Shown: one piece after another, positions 32,658-41,162 of the stretch | Layout of the letters: every line of letters begins with the position of its first letter | Position numbering within the stretch: position 1 is the stretch's first letter | Assembly: GCA_035281505.1 (NCBI GenBank) | Contig: DATEDT010000114.1 | Location: 5,488-69,487, forward strand | Direction: 5' to 3' | From: Aeromicrobium sp. | GTDB lineage: Bacteria; Actinomycetota; Actinomycetes; Propionibacteriales; Nocardioidaceae | Length of the DNA: 64,000 bases | Program-made: the position numbers and the translations under genes | Notes under the pieces: model-generated | Database searches by the model: none | The model's input: only the letters and a program-made list of their open reading frames with translations | What the model was told of the DNA's origin: nothing

Positions 32658-34713
32658 ACTCGAACCGGTGAAGAGGCAATGGACCGCGGCGCGGATCAGA
32701 CACGGCATCGGCTGGCGCGTCCGCAGGGTCGAGCGACGTCTTCGGGCGGCCGTCGGCTGGCGCGTCCGTGCGCTCAAGCGGCGGTTCGACGATCGCTACC
32801 GGCCCCTGTCGGAGCGCCGCGACGCCTACGCCCGCCTCCTGGCGGGAGAGTTCGCGGCTGGTGAGAAGTCCTCGATCGTGTTCGCCGCCGACGGCGCGGG
32901 CGTCGATACGCACGCGACTGCCGATGTCCTCGGACTCGCGTTGGCCCTGGCCGAACACGGCCACGGGGTGCGGGTCGTCAACTTCGATGCCGAGATCCCC
33001 CAGGCCGATGTCGTGGTCGGGACCACCCGCCGGTTCGACCCGTCCGCGGCCGCACCGGACGCCCTGCGCGTCGGATGGGCACGCACCGAGATCGACCGCT
33101 GGGCGGAGCTGCCGTTCCTGACCGCGTACGACGTGGTCCTCGCGCCGTCACCCATGGCGGTCGCGCGCATCCAGCGAGAGTTCACGCGGGTCGAGCTGTT
33201 CCGTCCCGGGGTCGACACCGAGCTCTTCGGATCCTCGTCGGATTCCGGCCCTCGTCGCCGGATCCGCACCGCACGTGCGCTCAAGGGCGTGGCACGGTTT
33301 CGGTTGCCGTGGCTCTACCGGCACAGCCTGGTGGTCGTCGACCGGGCGGCTCTCGAGTTCCGCAAGTACGGCATCGTCACCAAGCGGTTCCTCGAGGTGG
33401 CCGCCAGCGGTGCGGTACCGGTCTCGAACGCTCTCATCGGCGTTCGTGAACTTGGCCTGACCGATGTTCCCGGCGCAGGCGACGCCAAGCAGGTTCCGGC
33501 GGTGCTTCGGGCGCTGCCGCCGCGTCCTCGCCTTCGCGAGCTCGGCCAGCGGCTCGGCGAACTCGTCCGGGCCGAACACTCCTGGGCGCTGCGGGCCGAG
33601 CAGCTGGCCGACCAGATCCTTCCCCGGACGGAGCGCGTCGGGCATCGGCGGTTCGTCCATGTTGCTCCGTTCTACCGGGGCAACCCGTATCAGGCGATGC
33701 TCTACGCGGGCATGCCCGACGTCGACGCCGTGATGGCCCCGGTCGCCGACATCACTGAGCACCTCGCCCGCCGTGCCAAGGTTGGCCGGCCCGGGTTGTT
33801 CCACCTGCACTGGACCAATCCGATCGTCCAGCCGGCGACCTCCGAGTCCGAGGCGAGGATGCGTCTGGATGCTTTCGTCGTGGCGTTGCGTGCGTTCATG
33901 GCCGCCGGCGGCAGGTTGATCTGGACCATCCACAACGTTCTTCCGCACGACGCCCGCTACCACGACCTCGAAGTCGAGATGGCCAACGAGATCCTGCGTC
34001 ACGCCGACCTCGTGCATCTGCTGTCCCGGGAGACCTTCGACCTCGTTGACGGCGTCTACCACGTCGACCCGGAGCGCGTTGTCATCGTCGAGCACAACAG
34101 CTTCGTGGGGATCTATCCCGACTGGATCACCCGGGACGGCGCTCGGGAGCGGCTCGGGATCGGACCCACCGACAACGTGCTCATCGTCGTGGGCGGCATC
34201 AGGCCGTACAAGGGAATCGATCGTCTCCTCGACATCCTCGACGAGCTGATCGAGGACGATCCGTCGCTCCTGCTGCTCATCGCCGGTGGGGCAGGCCAGC
34301 AGCCCGGCATCGCAGAGCTGGAGGAGCGGTGTCTGGCCCACCCGCGGGTCATCTCCCAGTTCAAGCACCTCCCGAACGCCGAGCTCCAAGCCTGGTTCGC
34401 CGCGGCCGACGTCGCGGTGCTGCCCTACGTGAACATCCTGAACTCATCGGCCTTCCAGCTCGCGCCTTCGTTCGGGCTCCCGGTCGTCGGCCCCCGCATG
34501 GGCGCGCTCACCGCATCCGAAGGCGAGCCGTACGTTCGGTTGTTCGACCCGGAGTCAGTCGACGACCTTCGCGATGTGATCAAGCGCGCGGTCGAGGATT
34601 TCGCCGGTGACACAGCGATGCGTCAGACGGCGCGGGAGGCTGCCGAAGCGCGACCGCCAGCCGCCATGGCGGCAGCCTTCGCCCGGGTGATCGACGGCGT
34701 CCTGAGTCGCTGA
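32644..34713 (+). CDS. Two-module glycosyltransferase (CgeB-like GT1 module plus GT4-like module)
   Basis: 689 aa. The first half contains 'RFLEVAASGAVPVSN'. The second half contains 'LLLIAGGAGQQPG...FAAADVAVLPY...FGLPVVGPRMGAL', typical of group-1 glycosyltransferases. 14-nt overlap with the upstream gene. Confidence 0.6.
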   Translation: MPMPELEPVKRQWTAARIRHGIGWRVRRVERRLRAAVGWRVRALKRRFDDRYRPLSERRDAYARLLAGEFAAGEKSSIVFAADGAGVDTHATADVLGLALALAEHGHGVRVVNFDAEIPQADVVVGTTRRFDPSAAAPDALRVGWARTEIDRWAELPFLTAYDVVLAPSPMAVARIQREFTRVELFRPGVDTELFGSSSDSGPRRRIRTARALKGVARFRLPWLYRHSLVVVDRAALEFRKYGIVTKRFLEVAASGAVPVSNALIGVRELGLTDVPGAGDAKQVPAVLRALPPRPRLRELGQRLGELVRAEHSWALRAEQLADQILPRTERVGHRRFVHVAPFYRGNPYQAMLYAGMPDVDAVMAPVADITEHLARRAKVGRPGLFHLHWTNPIVQPATSESEARMRLDAFVVALRAFMAAGGRLIWTIHNVLPHDARYHDLEVEMANEILRHADLVHLLSRETFDLVDGVYHVDPERVVIVEHNSFVGIYPDWITRDGARERLGIGPTDNVLIVVGGIRPYKGIDRLLDILDELIEDDPSLLLLIAGGAGQQPGIAELEERCLAHPRVISQFKHLPNAELQAWFAAADVAVLPYVNILNSSAFQLAPSFGLPVVGPRMGALTASEGEPYVRLFDPESVDDLRDVIKRAVEDFAGDTAMRQTAREAAEARPPAAMAAAFARVIDGVLSR

Positions 34714-34714
34714 A

Positions 34715-34729
34715 TTCGCGCGCAGCGAA
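34715..34729 (+). promoter_or_regulatory. ClgR-operator-like palindrome TTCGC-N5-GCGAA upstream of clpC1
   Basis: 'ttcgcgcgcagcgaa' has perfect 5-bp inverted arms. It fits the CGC-N5-GCG core of the actinobacterial ClgR box as I remember it, and lies about 50 nt upstream of a -35-like TTGAAC. Confidence 0.35.
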
Positions 34730-34778
34730 CATGGGAACAGCCGTGGTGCGGGAGGCGTTCCACTGTGTGCATCGTTAT

Positions 34779-34809
34779 TTGAACGGCGACTTTCAGTCAC
34801 CCTTAGACT
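34779..34809 (+). promoter_or_regulatory. Candidate clpC1 promoter (TTGAAC-N19-TAGACT)
   Basis: -35-like hexamer at 34779-34784 and TANNNT -10-like hexamer at 34804-34809, 31 nt before ATG 34841. The spacer is slightly long. Confidence 0.25.
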
Positions 34810-34840
34810 GGGAAGTCAGCACACAGTCGAGGGGTGTTTC

Positions 34841-37357
34841 ATGTTCGAGAGGTTTACCGATCGCGCGAGGCGCGTTGTGGTGCTCGCGCAGGAGGAAGCG
34901 CGGATGCTCAGCCACAACTACATCGGCACAGAACACATCCTGCTCGGCCTCATCCACGAGGGTGAGGGCGTCGCCGCCAAGGCGTTGGAGAGTCTCGACA
35001 TCTCGCTCGAAGCCGTGCGCGGCCAGGTCGAAGACATCATCGGCCAAGGCCAGCAGGCCCCCAGCGGCCACATTCCCTTCACGCCGCGTGCCAAGAAGGT
35101 CCTCGAGCTCAGCCTGCGCGAAGCCCTCCAGCTCGGCCACAACTACATCGGCACCGAGCACATCCTGCTCGGCCTGATCCGCGAGGGCGAAGGCGTCGCC
35201 GCGCAGGTGCTCGTCAAGCTCGGAGCAGACCTGAATCGCGTCCGCCAGCAGGTCATCCAGCTGGTCAGCGGGTTCCAGGGCAAGGAGGCCGAAGCCGTCG
35301 GGACGTCCAGCGAGTCGGTCCCGAGCTCTTCGGCGGTCCTCGACCAGTTCGGCCGCAACCTGACGCAGGCCGCCCGCGAGGGCAAGCTCGATCCCGTCAT
35401 CGGTCGCGAGAACGAGATCGAACGTGTCATGCAGGTGCTCAGCCGCCGCACCAAGAACAACCCTGTGCTCATCGGCGAACCCGGTGTCGGCAAGACGACC
35501 GTGGTCGAGGGTCTCGCGCAGGACATCGTCCGGGGCGACGTCCCCGAAACCCTCAAGGACAAGCAGATCTACACGCTCGATCTCGGCGCGCTGGTCGCCG
35601 GTTCGCGCTACCGCGGCGACTTCGAAGAGCGGCTGAAGAAGGTCCTCAAGGAGATCCGCACCCGCGGCGACATCGTCCTGTTCATCGACGAGATCCACAC
35701 CCTGGTCGGTGCCGGTGCCGCCGAGGGTGCCATCGACGCTGCCAGCATCCTCAAGCCGATGCTGGCCCGTGGTGAGCTGCAGACCATCGGAGCCACCACC
35801 CTCGACGAGTACCGCAAGCACTTTGAGAAGGACGCTGCGCTGGAGCGCCGCTTCCAGCCCATCCAGGTCGCCGAGCCGTCGATCGCGCACACCATCGAGA
35901 TGCTCAAGGGCTTGCGCGACCGCTACGAAGCACACCACCGCGTCACCATCACCGACGAGGCACTCGTGGCGGCCGCGACCTTGGCCGACCGCTACGTCTC
36001 CGACCGGTTCCTGCCGGACAAGGCCATCGACCTCATCGACGAGGCCGGCTCCCGCCTGCGCATCAAGCGCATGACGGCGCCGCCGGACTTGCGCGAGTTC
36101 GACGAGAAGATCGCTGACGTGCGCCGCCGCAAGGAAGGCGCCATCGACGCGCAGGACTTCGAGGCCGCAGCCTCGCTGCGTGACGAGGAGAAGAAGCTCA
36201 TTCAGGCCAAGGCCGAGCGTGAGCGGCAGTGGAAGGCCGGCGACATGGACGTCGTGGCCATCGTCGACGAAGACCTCATCGCCGAGGTTCTCGCCAAGGC
36301 CACCGGCGTGCCGATCGTCAAGCTGACCGAGGAGGAGTCCAGCCGCCTGCTCACGATGGAGGACGAGCTCCACAAGCGGGTCATCGGCCAGGACGAAGCC
36401 ATCAAGGCGCTCTCGCGGGCCATTCGGCGCACGCGCGCGGGCCTCAAGGACCCGCGCCGGCCCGGTGGGTCGTTCATCTTCGCCGGCCCGTCCGGCGTCG
36501 GCAAGACGTGGCTCAGCAAGGCGCTGGCCAACTTCCTGTTCGGCGACGACGACGCGCTCATCCAGCTCGACATGAGCGAGTACGGCGAGAAGCACACCGT
36601 CTCACGCCTGTTTGGTTCGCCTCCGGGCTATGTCGGCTACGAAGAGGGCGGTCAGCTCACCGAGAAGGTGCGCCGCAAGCCGTTCAGCGTGGTCCTGTTC
36701 GACGAGGTCGAGAAGGCGCACCCGGACATCTTCAACTCGCTGCTGCAGATCCTGGAGGAAGGTCGCCTGACCGACAGCCAGGGCCGGGTGATCGACTTCA
36801 AGAACACCGTCATCATCATGACGACCAACCTGGGTACCCGGGACATCTCCAAGGGCGTCAACCTCGGCTTCAGCCGTTCGGACGACGTCGCCGGCTCGTA
36901 CGAGAAGATGAAAGCGAAGGTCTCCGAGGAGCTCAAGCAGCACTTCAAGCCGGAGTTCCTCAACCGTGTCGACGAGATCGTCGTCTTCCCGCCGCTGACG
37001 CAGGACGAGATCATCCAGCTGGTCGACATGATGATCGCCTCGGTCGAGGAACGGCTCAAGGACAAGGACATGGCTCTCGAGCTCACGACCGCCGCCAAGG
37101 GACTCCTGGCTGTCCGCGGCTTCGACCCGGTGCTCGGTGCGCGCCCGTTGCGGCGCACCGTCCAGCGCGAGATCGAGGACACGCTCGCCGAGAAGATCCT
37201 CTACGGCGAACTGCGTCCGGGCCAGATCGTGCTCGTCGACATCGAGGGCGAAGGCCCCGAGGCGACGTTCACCTTCCACGGCACGGCCAAGGCCGACCTC
37301 GAGCTGCCGGAGGCGGGGCTGCCCCCGGCCGTCGAAGCCGGGACAAGCACGGACTAA
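34841..37357 (+). CDS. clpC1: ATP-dependent Clp protease ATP-binding subunit ClpC1
   Basis: 838 aa. Clp N-repeats '[21 protein letters not shown]', Walker A motifs 'GEPGVGKT' and 'GPSGVGKT', and a UVR-like linker. Confidence 0.97.
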   Translation: MFERFTDRARRVVVLAQEEARMLSHNYIGTEHILLGLIHEGEGVAAKALESLDISLEAVRGQVEDIIGQGQQAPSGHIPFTPRAKKVLELSLREALQLGHNYIGTEHILLGLIREGEGVAAQVLVKLGADLNRVRQQVIQLVSGFQGKEAEAVGTSSESVPSSSAVLDQFGRNLTQAAREGKLDPVIGRENEIERVMQVLSRRTKNNPVLIGEPGVGKTTVVEGLAQDIVRGDVPETLKDKQIYTLDLGALVAGSRYRGDFEERLKKVLKEIRTRGDIVLFIDEIHTLVGAGAAEGAIDAASILKPMLARGELQTIGATTLDEYRKHFEKDAALERRFQPIQVAEPSIAHTIEMLKGLRDRYEAHHRVTITDEALVAAATLADRYVSDRFLPDKAIDLIDEAGSRLRIKRMTAPPDLREFDEKIADVRRRKEGAIDAQDFEAAASLRDEEKKLIQAKAERERQWKAGDMDVVAIVDEDLIAEVLAKATGVPIVKLTEEESSRLLTMEDELHKRVIGQDEAIKALSRAIRRTRAGLKDPRRPGGSFIFAGPSGVGKTWLSKALANFLFGDDDALIQLDMSEYGEKHTVSRLFGSPPGYVGYEEGGQLTEKVRRKPFSVVLFDEVEKAHPDIFNSLLQILEEGRLTDSQGRVIDFKNTVIIMTTNLGTRDISKGVNLGFSRSDDVAGSYEKMKAKVSEELKQHFKPEFLNRVDEIVVFPPLTQDEIIQLVDMMIASVEERLKDKDMALELTTAAKGLLAVRGFDPVLGARPLRRTVQREIEDTLAEKILYGELRPGQIVLVDIEGEGPEATFTFHGTAKADLELPEAGLPPAVEAGTSTD

Positions 37358-38232
37358 AGGCTGAACTCCCCGTCGACGGTCTTGCGCACGAGGCCGTCGG
37401 CGAGGAGTGACCTCAGGCAGCGTTCGCGCTGCTCGACGTCGTCCCACGCGGCGTCGAGGGCCGCCCGGGTGACCGGCGCGTCCGATGCACGCAGGACGTC
37501 CAGCAGGCGTCCACGCACCTGGCGGTCCGTCCCGGCGTAGGCCTGACCGCGCCGCGGCGGTCCGGCATGGGCCGGGCGTCCGGCCAGGTTCCACGCACAC
37601 CGGTCGTCGATCGGGCAGCTGCCGCAGCGGGGTGCCTTCGCCGTGCAGACGAGTGCGCCGAGTTCCATGGTCGCGGCGGCCCAGCGATGGGCCTCGCGGT
37701 CCGGGAGGAGGTCGACGGCCAGGTCCCGCTCGGCGGCGGTGATGGAGTCCGCCGGGAACTCGACGCCGCACACGGTCCGCGCGAACAGTCGCCGCACGTT
37801 GGTGTCGAGCACGATGTGACGCTGGCCGAAGGCGAACGACGCAATGGCCGCGGCGGTGTAGCCACCGACGCCCGGCAGTGCACGCAGGTCCTCCAGCGCG
37901 TCGGGTACCTCGCCGTGATGGTGCTCGACGATGGCCGCGGCGGCCGCATGCAGGCGTTGGGCGCGCCGCGGATAGCCGAGTTTGCCCCAGGCGCGGACGG
38001 CCTCGCCGACGCTGTCCGCCGCCAGCGCCGACGGCGTCGGCCAGCGCGCCATCCACGCCTCGAACACGGGCAGGACGCGCGCCACTGGCGTCTGCTGCAG
38101 CATGAACTCCGAGACCATGACCGGCCACGGCTGGGGGTCGGAGCGCCAGGGAAGGTCGCGGCCGTCCTTGTCGAACCATGCCAACACGTCGGTGTGCAGG
38201 CCGTCGATCGACATCGTCGTGGCAACACTCAT
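37354..38232 (-). CDS. mutY: A/G-specific adenine DNA glycosylase
   Basis: 292 aa from ATG 38232. 'MLQQTPV', HhH-GPD region, and [4Fe-4S] motif 'CTAKAPRCGSCPIDDRC'. 4-nt convergent overlap with clpC1. Confidence 0.88.
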   Translation of the reverse strand: MSVATTMSIDGLHTDVLAWFDKDGRDLPWRSDPQPWPVMVSEFMLQQTPVARVLPVFEAWMARWPTPSALAADSVGEAVRAWGKLGYPRRAQRLHAAAAAIVEHHHGEVPDALEDLRALPGVGGYTAAAIASFAFGQRHIVLDTNVRRLFARTVCGVEFPADSITAAERDLAVDLLPDREAHRWAAATMELGALVCTAKAPRCGSCPIDDRCAWNLAGRPAHAGPPRRGQAYAGTDRQVRGRLLDVLRASDAPVTRAALDAAWDDVEQRERCLRSLLADGLVRKTVDGEFSL

Positions 38233-38279
38233 GGCGCGTCCATCGTCGCACGGCGAGCCTGTCCGGTTAGCGTGGCGCT

Positions 38280-39050
38280 GTGAGCAGACAGCACCCACGC
38301 TCGGTCTACGTCCGACGGTGGCTGCTCCTCTTGGCAGCCGGGTTCCTGGTCGCGTGGATCATCGTGCAGGTGTGGCCGGGGGGCCCCGGCGACGACGCGA
38401 ACCCGACGAGCACGGCAACCGTGACCGCCCTACCGCCGGCGCCGACACCGACCGGCTCAGCGGTCAAGAGTCCGGTGCCGGCGACGCCGAAACCGAGCAC
38501 ACCGCCGCCGGGCATCACAACCCGGGTGACGCTCCCGGCGGGCTCGGCGTCGTGCAAAGCGCGCGAGGTCACGATCTCCCCGTCCATCACCAGCCCGCAG
38601 TTTGCGCAGCGCCCGGTCTTCGTCGACGTCGCCATCTCGACCTCGGGGGCAAAGTCGTGTGTGTTCACGCCGAAGGCGCTCGACCCCCTTGCCGTCATCA
38701 CCCACGACGACGACACGGTGTGGGATTCCTCCATCTGCGAGACGGCCATCGTCTCGCGACCACTTCGGCTCGTGCCGGGATGGGCGACGACGGTGCGGGT
38801 CCCGTGGGTGCCGCGAGAGTCTGGCGATTCCTGCAAGGCGGACGAGGACTGGATCGAGCCGGGCGAGTACACCCTTCGAGTGGGGACGCTCGGCGGCGAA
38901 CCGGGTCGCGCCGACTTCCGCCTCGTCGAGCCGCCACCACCGCCGAAGCCCTCACCCACGCCGCTGCCGAACGGATCGGTGACGCCGGTCAAGCCGACGC
39001 CGACGCCCGTGCCGCCGAGGCCGACGACGTCAGCCAGCCCGGCTCGCTAG
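38280..39050 (+). CDS. Membrane-anchored Pro/Thr-rich protein (Rv3587c-like position)
   Basis: 256 aa. N-terminal TM 'WLLLLAAGFLVAWIIV', a Pro-rich linker, a Cys-containing beta-rich domain, and a Pro-rich tail. Confidence 0.5.
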   Translation: MSRQHPRSVYVRRWLLLLAAGFLVAWIIVQVWPGGPGDDANPTSTATVTALPPAPTPTGSAVKSPVPATPKPSTPPPGITTRVTLPAGSASCKAREVTISPSITSPQFAQRPVFVDVAISTSGAKSCVFTPKALDPLAVITHDDDTVWDSSICETAIVSRPLRLVPGWATTVRVPWVPRESGDSCKADEDWIEPGEYTLRVGTLGGEPGRADFRLVEPPPPPKPSPTPLPNGSVTPVKPTPTPVPPRPTTSASPAR

Positions 39051-40415
39051 CGTCTTGATTGCCGCGTAGACGCTGCTGACGGGGTAGACCGTCAGGTCGG
39101 CGCGGACGGCCTCCAGGTCATAGGGGCCTGCCGGGACGACGGCGTGCTCGATGCCGAGTCGAGCTGCCTCCCGTAGTCGCTCGGTGAGGTGACGCACCGG
39201 GCGGACCTCGCCGGCGAGGCCGACTTCGCCGATGGCCACCATGCCGGCCGGATTCGCCATGCCCGCAGCGCTGGAGGCGGCCGCGATGACGATCGCCAGA
39301 TCGATGGCGGGCTCGACCAGGCGCGCTCCGCCCACGGTGGCGGCGTAGAGATCATGCCCGGCGAACTTGACGCCGCAGTGCCGGTCGAGGACAGCCAGCC
39401 CCATGGCCACCCGGGCGCCGTCCAGGCCGCTGGCCGTGCGTCGCGGTGATGGGTTGGTCGTCGGGACGGTGAGGGCCTGGACCTCGGCCAGCAGGGGTCG
39501 CCTGCCCTCCATGGCGACGGTGAGACAGGTGCCTGGAACCGGTTGCGCGTGACGGGAGACGAAGAGCCCGGTCGGGTCGGGTACCTCGGCCAGGCCGTCG
39601 TCGACCAGGTCGAAGCAGCCGATCTCGTCGATGGGCCCGAAGCGGTTCTTGACCGCCCGCAGCAGCCGGAACCGCGACGACGGATCGCCTTCGAACTGCA
39701 GGACCGTGTCCACGAGGTGCTCGAGCACACGCGGCCCCGCGACCGATCCGTCCTTGGTGACGTGGCCGACCAACACGGTGGCCAGGTTGAGCGCCTTGGC
39801 GCGGGCGATGATCGCGGTGGCGACCTCGCGCACCTGCGTGACCCCGCCCGGGACACCGTCGACGTCGGCCGAGCCGATGGTCTGGACCGAGTCGACGATC
39901 AGCAGTGACGGTTCGAGCGACTCGATCGTGCCGAGGATCGAGCCGAGGTCGGTGTCGGCCGCGAGGTACAGGTTGGGATTGAGTGCCCCGGTGCGCTCGG
40001 CGCGCATCCGCACCTGCGCCGCTGACTCCTCGCCAGAGACGTAGAGAACGGTCCGGCCGGCGTCGGCCCAGCGATGCGCCATGGCCAGCAGCAGCGTGGA
40101 CTTGCCGACCCCGGGTTCGCCGGCCAACAGGATGACGCCACCGGGCACCGCGCCGCTACCGAGCACACGGTCGAGCTCGCCGATGCCGGTCGAGACGGCA
40201 TGTGCGGCCTCCATCCGGACCTCGGTGATCGGCTGCGCCGCTGTGGCGGGGGCGACGGCGGCGGTTCGCCCGACTGTGCGCAACGGCCGGGCCTCGTCGA
40301 CCGTTCCCCAGGCTTGGCACTCCCCGCAGCGGCCGACCCACTTGGTGGCCGTCCAGCCGCACTCGGAGCAGGTGAAGGAAGGCTTGGCCGGCTTGGTTGC
40401 GTTCTTCGTCGCCAT
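39030..40415 (-). CDS. radA: DNA repair protein RadA
   Basis: 461 aa from ATG 40415. Zn-finger 'FTCSECGWTATKWVGRCGECQAWG', Walker A 'GEPGVGKST', 'KNRFG', and a Lon-like C-terminus. Confidence 0.95.
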   Translation of the reverse strand: MATKNATKPAKPSFTCSECGWTATKWVGRCGECQAWGTVDEARPLRTVGRTAAVAPATAAQPITEVRMEAAHAVSTGIGELDRVLGSGAVPGGVILLAGEPGVGKSTLLLAMAHRWADAGRTVLYVSGEESAAQVRMRAERTGALNPNLYLAADTDLGSILGTIESLEPSLLIVDSVQTIGSADVDGVPGGVTQVREVATAIIARAKALNLATVLVGHVTKDGSVAGPRVLEHLVDTVLQFEGDPSSRFRLLRAVKNRFGPIDEIGCFDLVDDGLAEVPDPTGLFVSRHAQPVPGTCLTVAMEGRRPLLAEVQALTVPTTNPSPRRTASGLDGARVAMGLAVLDRHCGVKFAGHDLYAATVGGARLVEPAIDLAIVIAAASSAAGMANPAGMVAIGEVGLAGEVRPVRHLTERLREAARLGIEHAVVPAGPYDLEAVRADLTVYPVSSVYAAIKTLASRAG

Positions 40416-40444
40416 GGCGGCGACGCTATAGGTCGGATCTGACG

Positions 40445-41083
40445 TTAGATGCGTACGTCGCCGTTCGGCGTGCGGAACGTCGCGGCCGAGATGCCGGGCA
40501 TGCCATTGGGCGCGGTCCACGAGACGGCGATCGTCTCGAGGGCATTGACCGCGCCTTCGCCGAGCCAATCCGCGACACGCTGCGGGTCGCCGGCCATCTC
40601 CAGGCCGACCAGCTCGATCTCGGAGTGTCCGGCCTGCGAGGGGTGTTCGGACGGGTCGATCAGCCATTTTGTGACGTAGGGGAGTTGCGGGTCGGTGCTC
40701 GCGCTGCTCGTGCCGATCTGCATCCACTCGAGGTTGAAGCCGTCCGGGCGGTGCCGGTTGCCCGGGACCGCGTGCCGCCCGATGCGCCGTTCGACCTCGG
40801 CGATGTCGTCGACCGAGATGCACCAGTGCAACCAGCCACCGCCGGCCGCGCTGCGCGTGCGCACAGCCTGGCCGAACGCCGCTTTCTCGGCCGCCGGGTG
40901 GTCGAGGGCTTCGACGACCTCGAGGTACTGGAAGTTCTTGAGCGGGAGGATGCGGTTGGTGGTGCCGAAACGCGGGTGGATGCCACCGTCGAGGAATTCG
41001 GCCCCCAACGCCTCGCCCAATGCGGCCGTCGTGGCGTTGAGGCCAGCCGGTCCAGCCGCAAAGGTGACGTGGTCGAGATGCAT
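40445..41083 (-). CDS. Glyoxalase-like (VOC) domain protein
   Basis: 212 aa with 'MHLDHVTFAAGP...' and 'LEVVEALDHPAAE'. Confidence 0.6.
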   Translation of the reverse strand: MHLDHVTFAAGPAGLNATTAALGEALGAEFLDGGIHPRFGTTNRILPLKNFQYLEVVEALDHPAAEKAAFGQAVRTRSAAGGGWLHWCISVDDIAEVERRIGRHAVPGNRHRPDGFNLEWMQIGTSSASTDPQLPYVTKWLIDPSEHPSQAGHSEIELVGLEMAGDPQRVADWLGEGAVNALETIAVSWTAPNGMPGISAATFRTPNGDVRI

Positions 41084-41093
41084 GGGCCATTCT

Positions 41094-41120
41094 TGTCAGA
41101 CGGCCTGAGCGAGTCTGACA
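41094..41120 (-). terminator. Hairpin (TGTCAGAC / GTCTGACA, 11-nt loop) after the PEP-utilising enzyme gene
   Basis: Perfect 8-bp stem read from the sequence, with no U-tract. Confidence 0.3.
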
Positions 41121-41162
41121 GCGGGGTCCGATCGAAGGTGACGGTCGCCGGGTGTATGCCCG

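Noticed and set aside
34793-38251. 600-aa and 549-aa ORFs antisense to clpC1 and mutY, plus similar long shadow ORFs at 18663-20246, 40660-42981, 43134-44036, 45144-46448 and 60670-62082
   Set aside because: Each lies opposite a gene with unambiguous conserved motifs and has a low-complexity Arg/Gly/Pro/Asp composition. GC-rich third positions in the real genes suppress stop codons on the opposite strand.
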